NCBI GenBank assembly: GCA_963798915.1
Contig: CAWCVB010000002.1
Location: forward strand, 192,001 to 256,000
Origin: an uncultured Gemmatimonadales bacterium
GTDB taxonomy: Bacteria; Gemmatimonadota; Gemmatimonadetes; Gemmatimonadales; GWC2-71-9
Length of the DNA stretch: 64,000 bases
Direction of reading: 5' to 3'
Shown here: piece after piece, positions 11,303-21,480 of the stretch
Layout: every line of letters starts with the position of its first letter
How positions within the stretch are numbered: position 1 is the stretch's first letter
Notes under the pieces: model-generated
The model's database searches: none
Told to the model about the DNA's origin: nothing
The model's input: the letters and a program-made list of their open reading frames with translations, nothing else
Translations under genes and position numbers: made by a program

Positions 11303-11591
11303 GAGGCCAGGCGATGCACGCACGCGCCGAACGCGCAGGCGCGGGCCGCTGCGAAGTGGAATCCTGGGCATGGATCCGGCCCTGTCTGAGGGCCGGGCAG
11401 CATATCACTGCATCAACGTCCGTGAACGGACGCAAAGTCATGGTCATTCCCGGAAGGGAGTACAACGCCATCTTGAACGTAGAGGCCGGCGCGACCGCCG
11501 TCAAACGGGATGGCATTGCGCCCGATGTGAATGATCCGGAACCCTCCCGCGTGATCATCGGCGGGTCGGGCACTCTGCAACGTCGGGCTGG

Positions 11592-11924
11592 TCAGGTACG
11601 CTGGCGGTGGCGGAGCAGGTCCGCACCCAGTATCAGGCCCAGCACCGTGACGCCACCTCCCAGGAACTGAAGCAGCTCCATGGCGGAGGCAGCGTAGCCG
11701 TTCTGCGAGATGGCCAGTTCCGTCAGCGTCGTCACCTGCATGGCCGACGGCGTGCGGGTGCCTGCTTCCACCTCGGTTGCATATTGGCGCCACTTGGCAA
11801 TGGTGCTGGCGTCGAGTGCATCACGGCGGGCCAGCCGCCCGCCGATGACGGTGCCGGCTCCCAGCAGAACGAGGCAGGCGGCGATGACCAGCCAACCGGT
11901 GACGGCCTTGCGCATGGACGACAC
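11592..11924 (-). CDS. Small hypothetical membrane protein (2 TM)
   Basis: GTG start after GAAGGGAG; two hydrophobic helices flanking a short polar loop. Confidence 0.7.
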   Translation of the reverse strand: MSSMRKAVTGWLVIAACLVLLGAGTVIGGRLARRDALDASTIAKWRQYATEVEAGTRTPSAMQVTTLTELAISQNGYAASAMELLQFLGGGVTVLGLILGADLLRHRQRT

Positions 11925-11977
11925 GCTCCCTTCAGTAATGTGATTGGTTCGGCGCGAAGCCGGCGGTCGCCGCGAAG

Positions 11978-14218
11978 TTAGTCCAGCAGCATCCGCTGCA
12001 GCCAGCCGTCAAATCGGGGATCACTCCGCAACGGATCGAGCAGCGGGTCCACCCGGAGGTAGGCCAGCCAGCCGCGGCGCTCGGCGTACGCCTCCTCCAT
12101 CCACGCGAACGCGGCGTCCGCGTTGCCCAACCCGATATGCAGGCGGACGAAATCCACGGGCGAGACGTACTGCTCCCGCGCGATCTGCTCCAACTGGTGG
12201 AGGCGGGCTTCGGCCTCGTGACGCCTCCCACGCCGGACCGCGAGGCGGCCCAGGGTGGCAAAGGCGTGGAAGTTGGCCGTCGCCATGGCCTCGGCATCGC
12301 GCAGCACCCGCTCGGCTTCGTCGAGGTCGCCCAGTTCCATGAGGGACACGCCTAGCGCCCAGACGTTCTCGTCGTTGCCGGGATTGCGCGTCACTGCCCG
12401 CCGGAGGCGGAGCGCCGACTCCTCCCAGAACCGGGCATACTGGTACAGCCAGCCCAGCGAACCATGGATGGGCAGACTGGCGGGATCCAGCTGCTCCGCC
12501 AGGCGTCCTTCCGCCAGCGCCTCGTCTGCTCGCCCCATCGCCATCAGGAACCAGGAATGCCACTGGCGGGCCGTGGCGTAGCGCGGATTGAGCTCGATGG
12601 CCCGCCCGAAGTGGCGGGCCGCCTCATCCCACCTCCAGTCGTGGATGAATAGCACCCAGGCCAGCGACGTGTGAGCCTCGGCAAGTGACTCGTCCAGGGC
12701 GAGGGCACGCTGGGCCTCCTCGCGGGCTCGGCGCAGGCCCTTTCCCACCGGCGCGCCGCGATAGTCGACCTGCAGGGCATGGGCATCGGAGAGCCCGGTA
12801 TAGGCCAACGCGTAACCCGGATCTTCGGCGATCGCGGCCTCGAAATAGCGAATCGCTTCCCGCACCGCGGCCTGGCCTCGCTGATTCCAGGCGTGCCGCC
12901 CTTTCAGGTAGAGGTTGTAAGCCTCCACGTTCTCGGTATAGCGTCGCGCCACCGGCTCGGCGATGTCTCCGAGGAACCGAGTCCGGAGGACCGACACGAT
13001 GGTGCGCGCCAGTTCCTCCTCGAGGGCGAAGATGTCACCGGCCTTCCGGTCAAATCGCTCCGACCAGAGCAGGCGCCCCTCCGCCACGTCCATGAGCTGC
13101 ACCGTGATCCGGATGCGGTCGCCGGCACTCCGTACGGTGCCTTCGAGTACGGTCGACACCCCCAGCTGATCTCCCAGGTCGCGGGCGCTCTCGTGGGATC
13201 CCTTGAAGCGGAAGACATCACTTCGCGAGGGCACCCGTAGCTCCTCGAGCTGGGCCAGGGCGTTGATCAGCTCCTCCGTGATGCCGTCGCTCAGGTATTC
13301 CATGCCCGCATCACCGCTGGTGTTGGTGAAGGGAAGCACGGCCAGGCGCCGCTCGCCACGGTCCATGGTCACAGAGACCGACATGCGCGACGAGAGGGCG
13401 GCGGCGAATTCCGCGGCAGCACGGAACCGGGCGTCCGGATCCTTGGCAAGCGCCCGCATCACCGCCTGCTCGACCACCGCGGGCACCGTGGGGTGACTGG
13501 CATGAAGCGCGGGGACAGGGTCCGAGAGATGACGCAGCAGGACCGGGCGCGTGCCGGGGCCGGTGAAGGGCGGCCCGCCGGCCAGCATCTCATACGTCAC
13601 GCAGCCGAGGGCGTAGATGTCGGTTCGGCCATCCAGGCTGCGATCAGCCCCGATCTGTTCCGGGCTCATGTAGGACGGAGTGCCGATGGCGAGCCCGCGT
13701 TCGGTCACGTTCTCTTCGGCCGCCGCGGTGATGGCCCGGGCAATCCCGAAGTCCGCCACCACCGCCTGTCCCTCATACAGCAGGATGTTCTCTGGCTTGA
13801 TGTCGCGGTGGACCACGTTCTGCCGGTGGGCATAATCAAGCGCCAGCGCCACCGAGCGCGCGATGTCGATTGCTTCCTCCAGCGGCAGCCGGCCTTCCCG
13901 CGTCAGGCGCTGGCGCAGCGACTCACCGCGCACGAACGGCATCACGAACCAGAGAAGACCGGCCGCCTCACCGGAGTCGTGCAATGGCAGGATGGCGGGG
14001 TGGCTGAGCTGAGCCGCGATGTGGATTTCACGAAGGAAGCGCGCGAACTCACTGCCGGAGCGAAGCATCTCGGGGCGCAGGATCTTGATGGCCACGGTCC
14101 GGTCATGACGAACGTCATGCGCCCGGTAGACGGTGGCCATGCCGCCCTGGCCAATGGCGTGCTCCAGGCGATAGCGGGTGGCAAGACTGTCAGCGAGGGT
14201 AGCGAGCGCGTCGGTCAG
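11978..14218 (-). CDS. Ser/Thr kinase + TolB-like domain + TPR, no obvious TM; start uncertain (CTG 14218 proposed)
   Basis: GQGGMATVY, HRDIKPEN, DFG, GTPSYMSPEQ; LAVLPFTN..EYLSDGITEELI; AYNLYLKG TPR; DPLRSDPRF terminus. In-frame CTG follows a GGAG and matches paralog start positions. Confidence 0.88.
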   Translation of the reverse strand: MTDALATLADSLATRYRLEHAIGQGGMATVYRAHDVRHDRTVAIKILRPEMLRSGSEFARFLREIHIAAQLSHPAILPLHDSGEAAGLLWFVMPFVRGESLRQRLTREGRLPLEEAIDIARSVALALDYAHRQNVVHRDIKPENILLYEGQAVVADFGIARAITAAAEENVTERGLAIGTPSYMSPEQIGADRSLDGRTDIYALGCVTYEMLAGGPPFTGPGTRPVLLRHLSDPVPALHASHPTVPAVVEQAVMRALAKDPDARFRAAAEFAAALSSRMSVSVTMDRGERRLAVLPFTNTSGDAGMEYLSDGITEELINALAQLEELRVPSRSDVFRFKGSHESARDLGDQLGVSTVLEGTVRSAGDRIRITVQLMDVAEGRLLWSERFDRKAGDIFALEEELARTIVSVLRTRFLGDIAEPVARRYTENVEAYNLYLKGRHAWNQRGQAAVREAIRYFEAAIAEDPGYALAYTGLSDAHALQVDYRGAPVGKGLRRAREEAQRALALDESLAEAHTSLAWVLFIHDWRWDEAARHFGRAIELNPRYATARQWHSWFLMAMGRADEALAEGRLAEQLDPASLPIHGSLGWLYQYARFWEESALRLRRAVTRNPGNDENVWALGVSLMELGDLDEAERVLRDAEAMATANFHAFATLGRLAVRRGRRHEAEARLHQLEQIAREQYVSPVDFVRLHIGLGNADAAFAWMEEAYAERRGWLAYLRVDPLLDPLRSDPRFDGWLQRMLLD

Positions 14219-14294
14219 GGAGTCTCCAGGTCCAGGGCCACCGGCAGCGACCTTAACGGTACATCCCGCGCGCCGGAGCGAAAGCCGAAGGGGC

Positions 14295-14337
14295 AGAAAC
14301 GAAGGCCGGGCCCCGGCAGTATCGCCAGGGCCCGGCC
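14295..14337 (-). terminator. Rho-independent terminator after the HYR lipoprotein gene
   Basis: Minus-strand stem GGCCGGGCCCTGGC-GATACT-GCCGGGGCCCGGCC followed by TTCGTTTCT. Confidence 0.7.
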
Positions 14338-14360
14338 CGAACTGCGCTGGGAGGACGAGG

Positions 14361-15806
14361 TCAGCGCCGCAGGGTGAACTGGGTCGTCGCGAGCACAATG
14401 CCCTTGAACGATACGGTGGTCTGCCAGCTGCCCTCGTTCCAGGGGCTGGCGGTGCCGGTCTTCAGGTTAAAGATGTATTGACCCCCATCGGTATCGTAGC
14501 GCCAAGTAGTGGACCCGGCCGAGAAGTCGTTCGCCTCGATGGCGTCCGCGCCAGGATCGGAGGTAATCTGCTTCACCACCAGGCGAAGGTCCGCCGCCAG
14601 GTCCGTCGCCAGGGTGCCGTCGGCGTAGGTCGGCGGCAGGAACTTGTGCGGAATGGTGCTGCCGCGCTTGTGGGCGCTGTAGGGCGCCTCCGTCCGGAGT
14701 GGCGGCAGGAAACCGCTGGCCCCGATGTTCAGTCCCACGAACACATCGAAGGAGCTGATTCCACTCGTGTTGCCGACGGCGTCGGTGGCGGTGCAGTCCA
14801 CCTCGGTGGTGCTGCCGATGGCCAGCACGGTGCCCGTCACATAGTCACAGTTGAAGGTGGATAGTTCGGAGACGCCACCCACATCGGCCACGGTGATGCC
14901 CAGGGCATCGACATCCAGCACGGCGCCGTTGATGTTGGCGGCGATGAGATTGACCGTGCCCGACGGGAACGAGGTAAAGATCGGCGGGGTAGTGTCCACC
15001 ACGGTAACCGTGAAGTCAGCCGTGACCGTCTCGCCGTCGGAGTCGGTCACGGAGCAGTGCACCGTGGTGGGACCGAGCGGAAAGACGGTGCCGCTGGCCG
15101 GGGCGCAGGAGACCGAGCTGGTCAGGTCGCCGTCCTCGAGGTCATTCGCCGTCACCAGTGCGGAGTAGTCCACCGTGGCGCCGGCGCTGCTGGTGGCCTC
15201 GACGGAGTAGTCGTTCGGGACGATCAGCGTGGGCGCGGTGTTCGACGACTCACAGGGAGCAAAGGCAACATAGATCGTCACGTCGGCACCGCTGACTGTG
15301 AGCTTTCCCCCCTGACCTGTCGTACTCAGGTTGTAGGGCGCGATCGAAAAAGTGGAGCTTCCGGATCCGACCGTGCTCGCGTTGACGACCGTGACGTTCA
15401 CTTGGTAAGTGTCGGAGCCCGGCTGTGCTGGAGCCCTTGCCGCCACATTGACCGTAACCGGTAGCGAACCTGTCCAGCTGGACCCATCGTACTCCCAATG
15501 AGTTTTTACCTGAAAACTCGCTGGGTTCACCTGCGCACCAGTAACTGTGTACGTGATTGTGACTTGCCGTCCCGCACTGCACGTCTGCGGCTGCAGGCTC
15601 AGCGGTGTCGATACCGAACCACCGAGGTTCGCCGCCGCTGCCGCCGTCGAGAAGCTGGGCTTGATATGCGGCGCGCTGACCGGCGCCGCCGCACCTTCCG
15701 TAATCACCAATTCGCCCGAGAGCATGTCGGGACTGTTCGTGCTGTCGGCGCACGCCGACAGCATGGCGAGCGTCGCCAGCGAGAGCAACACCGTGGACCT
15801 GGACAT
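14361..15806 (-). CDS. Lipoprotein with two HYR-like domains and a C-terminal PxKF-like domain
   Basis: ATG 15806 after GGAGAG; lipobox LSAC; HYR pattern SCAPASGTVFPLGPTTVHCSVTD..FTVTVVDTTPP; GFLPP..KRGSTIPHKF. Confidence 0.82.
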   Translation of the reverse strand: MSRSTVLLSLATLAMLSACADSTNSPDMLSGELVITEGAAAPVSAPHIKPSFSTAAAAANLGGSVSTPLSLQPQTCSAGRQVTITYTVTGAQVNPASFQVKTHWEYDGSSWTGSLPVTVNVAARAPAQPGSDTYQVNVTVVNASTVGSGSSTFSIAPYNLSTTGQGGKLTVSGADVTIYVAFAPCESSNTAPTLIVPNDYSVEATSSAGATVDYSALVTANDLEDGDLTSSVSCAPASGTVFPLGPTTVHCSVTDSDGETVTADFTVTVVDTTPPIFTSFPSGTVNLIAANINGAVLDVDALGITVADVGGVSELSTFNCDYVTGTVLAIGSTTEVDCTATDAVGNTSGISSFDVFVGLNIGASGFLPPLRTEAPYSAHKRGSTIPHKFLPPTYADGTLATDLAADLRLVVKQITSDPGADAIEANDFSAGSTTWRYDTDGGQYIFNLKTGTASPWNEGSWQTTVSFKGIVLATTQFTLRR

Positions 15807-15976
15807 GACTGGACTCTCCACCTTCAGATGGCCGGCAATGCGCGTACCGGCGCGCCCCCGGCATTGACGGGGTCACGTGAATGCTGATGTCGGTCGCCAC
15901 GCATGTCGCAGCGCGGCCCGGGGCTTACTGGACGGGAAGTCGGTCGTTCGTGGTACGGCGTGAGGCTGTCATGAAG

Positions 15977-15993
15977 TGCATGCGATGTGCCAA
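15977..15993 (-). promoter_or_regulatory. Candidate sigma-54 (-24/-12) promoter for the HYR lipoprotein
   Basis: TTGGCACATCGCATGCA: GG-N10-GC spacing with the TGGCAC core, in an intergenic region oriented toward 15806. Confidence 0.5.
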
Positions 15994-16170
15994 CGAGGGG
16001 CGTGCGCCTGGCGGATATGGGCGGAGCGAGTCAAGCAACGGCACCGGGCCATCTTGCGCCGTGGCCGCGGAGGTCACTGGGCCCGCCGCCCGAGGCGGTG
16101 GTGCTGTGGTCAAGGCGCCACGACTCGCCCGTTCGTTGGGGCGGCGCCACGGCACCGGCGCCCCGGGTGG

Positions 16171-17801
16171 TCAGCCCGGCGTGAGGTCAGCCGTCGGAGC
16201 AAGGTCGGTGGCTTTCGCGCCTTCGAGGCCTGCTCGTACGCATAGGCCAGACTGATGAGCTGTCCCTCCGTCCATGCCGCTCCGATAAAGCTGAGGCCCA
16301 CGGGAAGCCCGAAGACCTGACCCATCGGGACGGTGATGCTGGGATAGCCGGAGACCGCCGCCGGGGTCGATGAGCTGCCGGCAAAATGATCGCCATTGAC
16401 CAGGTCGGTGGTCCAGGGCGGACCGCCAGTCGGTGCGACCAGGGCATCGAGCCGGTGCTTCGCGATGACGGCATCGAGTCCTTCGGTGCGGGCCAGCCGC
16501 CGGCAGTGGGCCAGCGCCTCGATATACTTGTCGTCCGTCAGGGATCCCGCCGCCTCCGCCTGCGCGAACGTCTCCTGGCCAAAGTAGGGCATCTCCTGAT
16601 CGGCATGCGCCACGTTGAAGGCGATGAGGTCGGCGAGTGACCGGGGAGCGCCGGCGCCCAGACCGGCCAGGTACCGGTTGATGCCGGCCTTGAACTCATA
16701 GAGCAGGACGGTGAATTCCGCGCTGCCGTAGTCGTCGGCATGGGGAATGTCAGCGGGGTCCACCACTTCCGCGCCGCTGGACTTGAGCAGCGCGATCGCC
16801 TCCTCAGCCAGCTTGTCCGTCTCGGCGCTGTAGCCAAAGAATCCCTCGCGGGCCACGCCGATCCGGGCGCCCTTGAGCGCATCGGCGTTGAGGAAGCGGG
16901 TGTAGTCGGCTTCGATATGGCCGGCCGAGCGGCTGGTGGCGGCGTCGGCCGCATCCGCGCCGGCCATGACGCCGAGCAGGATCGCCGCATCCGTCACGCT
17001 GCGGCACATGGGACCGGCCGTGTCCTGCGTCTCGGAGATGGGGATGATGCCGCTTCGTGAGACCAGCCCGACGGTCGGCTTGATGCCGACCAGTGCATTG
17101 TGGCTGGAGGGGCAGACGATGGATCCATCCGTCTCCGTACCGATGCCGATGGCACTCAGGTTGGCGGCGACAGCGACGCCAGTACCGGAACTGGAACCAC
17201 AGGGGTTGCGGTCGAGCGCGTAGGGACTCCGGGTCTGTCCGCCGCGCCCGCTCCAGCCGCTGGTGGAATGCGAGGAGCGGAAGTTGGCCCACTCGGAGAG
17301 GTTGGTCTTCCCCAGGATGATGGCGCCGGCCGCACGGAGGCGGCGAACGATGAATGCGTCGGCTGGTGGGACGGCGCCTACCAGTGCGAGCGAGCCCGCC
17401 GTCGTCTGCATCCGGTCCCGGGTGGCGATGTTGTCCTTGATCACGATGGGAATCCCATGCAACGGGCCGCGCACCTTGCCGGCTTTGCGTGCTGCATCAG
17501 CCGCGCGGGCCAGCGCTTCGGCCTCGGGATTGATTTCGATGACCGACCGGAGCGCCGGCCCCTTCCGGTCGAGCGACGCGATGCGATCCAGATAGAACCG
17601 GCAGATTTGCAGCGAGGTGTAGCGGCCGCTTGCCATGGCCGCCTGAAATTGGGGAACAGACCACTCCAGGACGGGCAGGGCGGGCAAGGCGGGCGGGGCG
17701 GGCAGGACACGATGAAGGGGCCCCATGACGAGACCCGTGGCGACGATGGAGGCGCCGGTTTCGACAAACTGGCGTCGGGAGAAGTCGTGGTTGCGGGTCA
17801 T
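16171..17801 (-). CDS. Amidase (amidase signature family) with Tat signal; apparent 1-nt frameshift near 16201
   Basis: ATG 17801 after GGAGG; SRRQFV; IKDN, GKTNLSEWAN, GSSSG, GTETDGSI. Adding one base gives ..RKPPTFAPTADLTPG* ending at 16171; as read it runs to 16110. Confidence 0.9.
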
Positions 17802-17868
17802 GCTACCTCCATGCTGGCGGGGAGCCTGCGTGATGTTCTGCCGCCCTCTCGACTCGCCGGACCCATCG

Positions 17869-18731
17869 TCACCCGGCCGGCAGCGGCGCGCGTGCCGCAA
17901 TCAGGGTGACGTTGTCGGTGCCGCTCCGCGCTGAAGCGCCAGCTCGAGCAGCGACCGGCAGAGCTGCTCGGACGAGGTCATCTGCTCGATCTGCTGCTTG
18001 ATCTCGGCGTTACTCACATGCTTGGTGAGGCCATCGGTGGCCAGCAGGATGACGCAGCCGCGGGGAATCTCGATCCGGCTCACCACCGGCACCGCCTCGT
18101 CCCCGCCGATGGCGCTCGCGAGGATATGGCTGAAGGGTGACTTCTCGAGACGGTCGGCCGGCATGACGCCCTGGTCCACCAGCCCCTGGGCAATGGTCTG
18201 ATCGCGGGTCATCTGGGTGAGCTCGCCATCCCAGTACCGGTAGCAGCGGCTGTCGCCCACCTGGGTGACATACATCCACGGGAAGACCGCGACGGCGAGC
18301 GTCAACGTCGTGGCCATTCTGGCACCGGGGTCCCCCGCCTGCTTCTCCCGCACCGCCGCATGCGCCTCCAGCGCCGCAGCTGTCAACGCCTCGTAGAACT
18401 CCGTGTCGGACGCGGCGCCGGCGGCGTGGTAGGATCGCAGCGACGAAGCGACATAATGCGTGACGGTAGCCAGGGCGAGCCGGCTGGCCTCGCCGCCTCC
18501 TGCGCCGCTGCCAACACCATCAGCCACCAGCATGTAAGTGGCGATGCGTTCGCCGCGGAGCGGGAGGGCATCTGCATCCGGCAGGCTGGTGCCGTGCACC
18601 ACCACCTGGGGATGGACGGTGCACACCATGAAGTGGTCGTGGTTGGCCTTGCGGACCAGACCGACGTGCGTAATGCCGAACAGGTCCAGCTCCACATCCT
18701 TCGGCCGAACCCACTGCAACTCAGATGACAT
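17869..18731 (-). CDS. PP2C/PPM-family Ser/Thr phosphatase; apparent frameshift near 17924
   Basis: ATG 18731 after GGAGG; VADGVG, VGDSRCY, TRDQT, LATDGL. The final GTDNVTLI motif lies in the adjacent frame and ends at TGA 17869. Confidence 0.9.
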
Positions 18732-21480
18732 GGTCGCATCCTCCAGTCCGTACGGCATCCTGCGCTGACTCAGTCCTTCGTTCGGGGCCCTGCCGGGAAC
18801 GATGTGCTCCCTGAGGACGAGGTGCATCGGCGTCTCCCCTCGCCGCTGCGCGGATGCGCCGCATCAGCAGGAAGCCCTTGCCGTCGGGGGTGAGGGCGTA
18901 CTGGCGGGTGTCATCGTTCTGCCAGTACTCGTCGGGCGCCCCCCGCCAGACAACCGATCGGCCACTGGCCGGGAAGGAGCCGCCGGTGTCCATCGTGGCG
19001 CCGATGATCGCTCCCTGGCCGGCCTGACGATAGTAGAGCGTCCGGCCGTCACGGCTCCAGAGCGGTTCCTGGCCCCCGCCGTTGGAGACCTGCACCCGGC
19101 CATCACCGACTTTCGGGAACGGCCGCACGATGATCTCCTTGGCTGAGCCGATCTTCTCGGCATAGGCCACCCAGTGTCCATCCGGTGACACCGCCGGCGA
19201 CGTTTCCTCGGCCTCGGTGGTCGCGATCGGGATCGTCGTGGTGTCGCCGCCGGTGCGGCGGGCGTAGATGTCACCGTTGCCGATGGCCACGTCGTCGGTG
19301 CGGTACAGCAGCCACTGTCCGTCGGGACTGAAGCTGATCTCGTAGACGCCGCGCGGCTCGTCGACGAGGATCGACGGGCTGCCGGAGCCATCGGCGGCCT
19401 GCTGCCAGACGGCGGCATGGCTGGCCGAGTCGACCGAGACCCAGGCGAGCCGCCGGCCATCGGGCGACCACACAGCGCGGGAACTCTGCGTCCCCATCAT
19501 GTTGAACAGGGTCGCCGGTCCGTCGGGATACGGCTTGGTGTACAGGCCGTAGGAGATGCCGTCACCCTCGACCTGGGAGAGGAGCAGGCGATGTCCATCC
19601 GGGGAAAGTTCGATTCGGCTGTTGTTGGCGAAGGCGCCGGTCCAGGCGGAATCCACCACGCGGGTGCTCCCATCGAACCCGGCCGCCACGAGTTGCGTCC
19701 TGCTGGTGAAGGTCTCCCCACCGCCGACTCCCGTGACCATCACCCCGTCGACGCCGATGCTCACTTCCGGGCCGAGGGCCGTCACCGCGATGCCGCGGGC
19801 GACGAGCGTGCCTTCGCCGATCGTCCCCGCGGTCGCGTCGAAGCTGGCGAGGAAGAGGGTGCCATCGGGGAGGAGGTTGAGGATGCGATTGCCTCGCAGC
19901 GGCCACGCGCCAGCCGAGCCGGGGATGATCCGGCGTCTGGAGAGCGAGTCGAGCCGGACCAGGGAGATGACCGGGGTGGCACAGCCGCCGATGTCACAGG
20001 CCGAGATGACGACGGCGTTCTGGCCCGGCACGGGAGCGACGGAGGCGGCCCAGCCGAGTAGCTGGTCCGCCGTGGCGACGCGGCGCACCACCCCGCCGGT
20101 GTCCGGCACCGTGTAGAGGATGCTGCTCGATCCGCCCAGAAAGACGATGGTGCCGTTCTCGAGCCAGGCGCTCCGGATGGAGACTGGACCGAGTACGGCC
20201 GAATCCGAGAGGAGCCTGGAGGCGCCACCGGCGAGGGGGATCCGGCGCAGCTGGTGGCCGACCGTGAATGCGACGGAGCGTCCATCGGGCGAGATCCCCG
20301 GGCCCGACCCTCCCTGCGTGCCGGGAATCGGGCGTGCCTCGGCGTCACCGCGCGCCTTGAGCCAGAGCTGCCGGGTGCCGCCCACGGTGTCGCTGTAGAC
20401 GATCAGCTCGCCGTCGGCGCTCACGGCCAGCTGGTTCGCGACGAACCCGACGTCCGATTCCGACGGGGTGAGGTGGATCTGGTAGGTGAGCGGGCTGCCA
20501 CCGCCGGCATCGCCAGCGCCCTTGCGGGTCCAGCCCACGATCGCGACCACCGCCAGCACGGCGGCGAGGACGCCGAGCGCCAGGAGGGCACGGCGGTCGG
20601 TGCGGACGGCGCGCCGGGTACCGGTGGTGCGTCGGGTCACCGTGCCGGTTCCCTCGAGCGCCGCCGCGAACTCGGCGGCGGTGGCGAAGCGGTCGGCGGG
20701 CAGCTTGGCGAGGGCCGTGAGCACCGCATCCTCGACCGTCTCCGGGACCGTGTCACGGATGTTCGACGGGGGCGCCGGCTTCTCGGTCATCACCTTGGCG
20801 ACGATCGCCTGCGCGGAGGAGGCATTGAACGGGGGGTCGCCGGTGAGCATCTCGTAGAGCACGCATCCGAGGGCATAGATGTCGGTCCGCGCATCGAGGT
20901 TGCGCTCGCCCATGGCCTGCTCGGGGCTCATGTAGTGCGGCGTGCCGAGTGACATGCCGGTCTCGGTCATCCGGGTGCCGCCGTCGGAGCGGCTGGCCGC
21001 GAGGGCGATCCCGAAGTCGGCGACCAGGGCACGGCCGTCGTGCAGCAGGATGTTCTCGGGCTTGATGTCGCGATGGATCACGCCGTGGCGGTGGGCGTAG
21101 TCGAGCGCGCCGGCGATCTCGGTGGCGATCCGCACCGCGTCGCTGATCGGCAGCTGCGTCTCGCGGTCGAGGCGGTCGCGGAGCGATTCGCCCTCGATGA
21201 ACGGCATCACGTAGAACACGGTACCGTTGACGGTGCCGGAATCATGCAGCGGCAGGATGTGCGGGTGCTGCAGGTTGGCCGTGGTCTTGATCTCCGAGAG
21301 GAACCGCTCGGCACCGATCACGGCGGCGAGTTCCGGCCGCAGCACCTTGATGGCAACCTGGCGATCGTGCTTGAGGTCTTCGGCGAGGTACACCGTGGCC
21401 ATCCCGCCCGCGCCGAGCTCGCGCTCGATGGTGTAGCGGTCGGCAAGGGCGGCGGTGAGGCGCGCGAATGGGGCGGTCAT
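18721..21480 (-). CDS. K17: Ser/Thr kinase-TM-PD40/TolB beta-propeller (3' end uncertain, possible frameshift ~18840)
   Basis: GAGGMATVY, HRDIKPEN, DFG, RMTETGMSLGTPHYMSPEQ; TM helix; repeated SPDG blades. Confidence 0.92.
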   Translation of the reverse strand: MTAPFARLTAALADRYTIERELGAGGMATVYLAEDLKHDRQVAIKVLRPELAAVIGAERFLSEIKTTANLQHPHILPLHDSGTVNGTVFYVMPFIEGESLRDRLDRETQLPISDAVRIATEIAGALDYAHRHGVIHRDIKPENILLHDGRALVADFGIALAASRSDGGTRMTETGMSLGTPHYMSPEQAMGERNLDARTDIYALGCVLYEMLTGDPPFNASSAQAIVAKVMTEKPAPPSNIRDTVPETVEDAVLTALAKLPADRFATAAEFAAALEGTGTVTRRTTGTRRAVRTDRRALLALGVLAAVLAVVAIVGWTRKGAGDAGGGSPLTYQIHLTPSESDVGFVANQLAVSADGELIVYSDTVGGTRQLWLKARGDAEARPIPGTQGGSGPGISPDGRSVAFTVGHQLRRIPLAGGASRLLSDSAVLGPVSIRSAWLENGTIVFLGGSSSILYTVPDTGGVVRRVATADQLLGWAASVAPVPGQNAVVISACDIGGCATPVISLVRLDSLSRRRIIPGSAGAWPLRGNRILNLLPDGTLFLASFDATAGTIGEGTLVARGIAVTALGPEVSIGVDGVMVTGVGGGETFTSRTQLVAAGFDGSTRVVDSAWTGAFANNSRIELSPDGHRLLLSQVEGDGISYGLYTKPYPDGPATLFNMMGTQSSRAVWSPDGRRLAWVSVDSASHAAVWQQAADGSGSPSILVDEPRGVYEISFSPDGQWLLYRTDDVAIGNGDIYARRTGGDTTTIPIATTEAEETSPAVSPDGHWVAYAEKIGSAKEIIVRPFPKVGDGRVQVSNGGGQEPLWSRDGRTLYYRQAGQGAIIGATMDTGGSFPASGRSVVWRGAPDEYWQNDDTRQYALTPDGKGFLLMRRIRAAARGDADAPRPQGAHRSRQGPERRTESAQDAVRTGGCDHVI

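Noticed and set aside
11292..11793. Short ORFs 11292-11573(-), 11314-11670(+), 11413-11793(-)
   Set aside because: No clear RBS or motif, and they overlap neighbouring genes.
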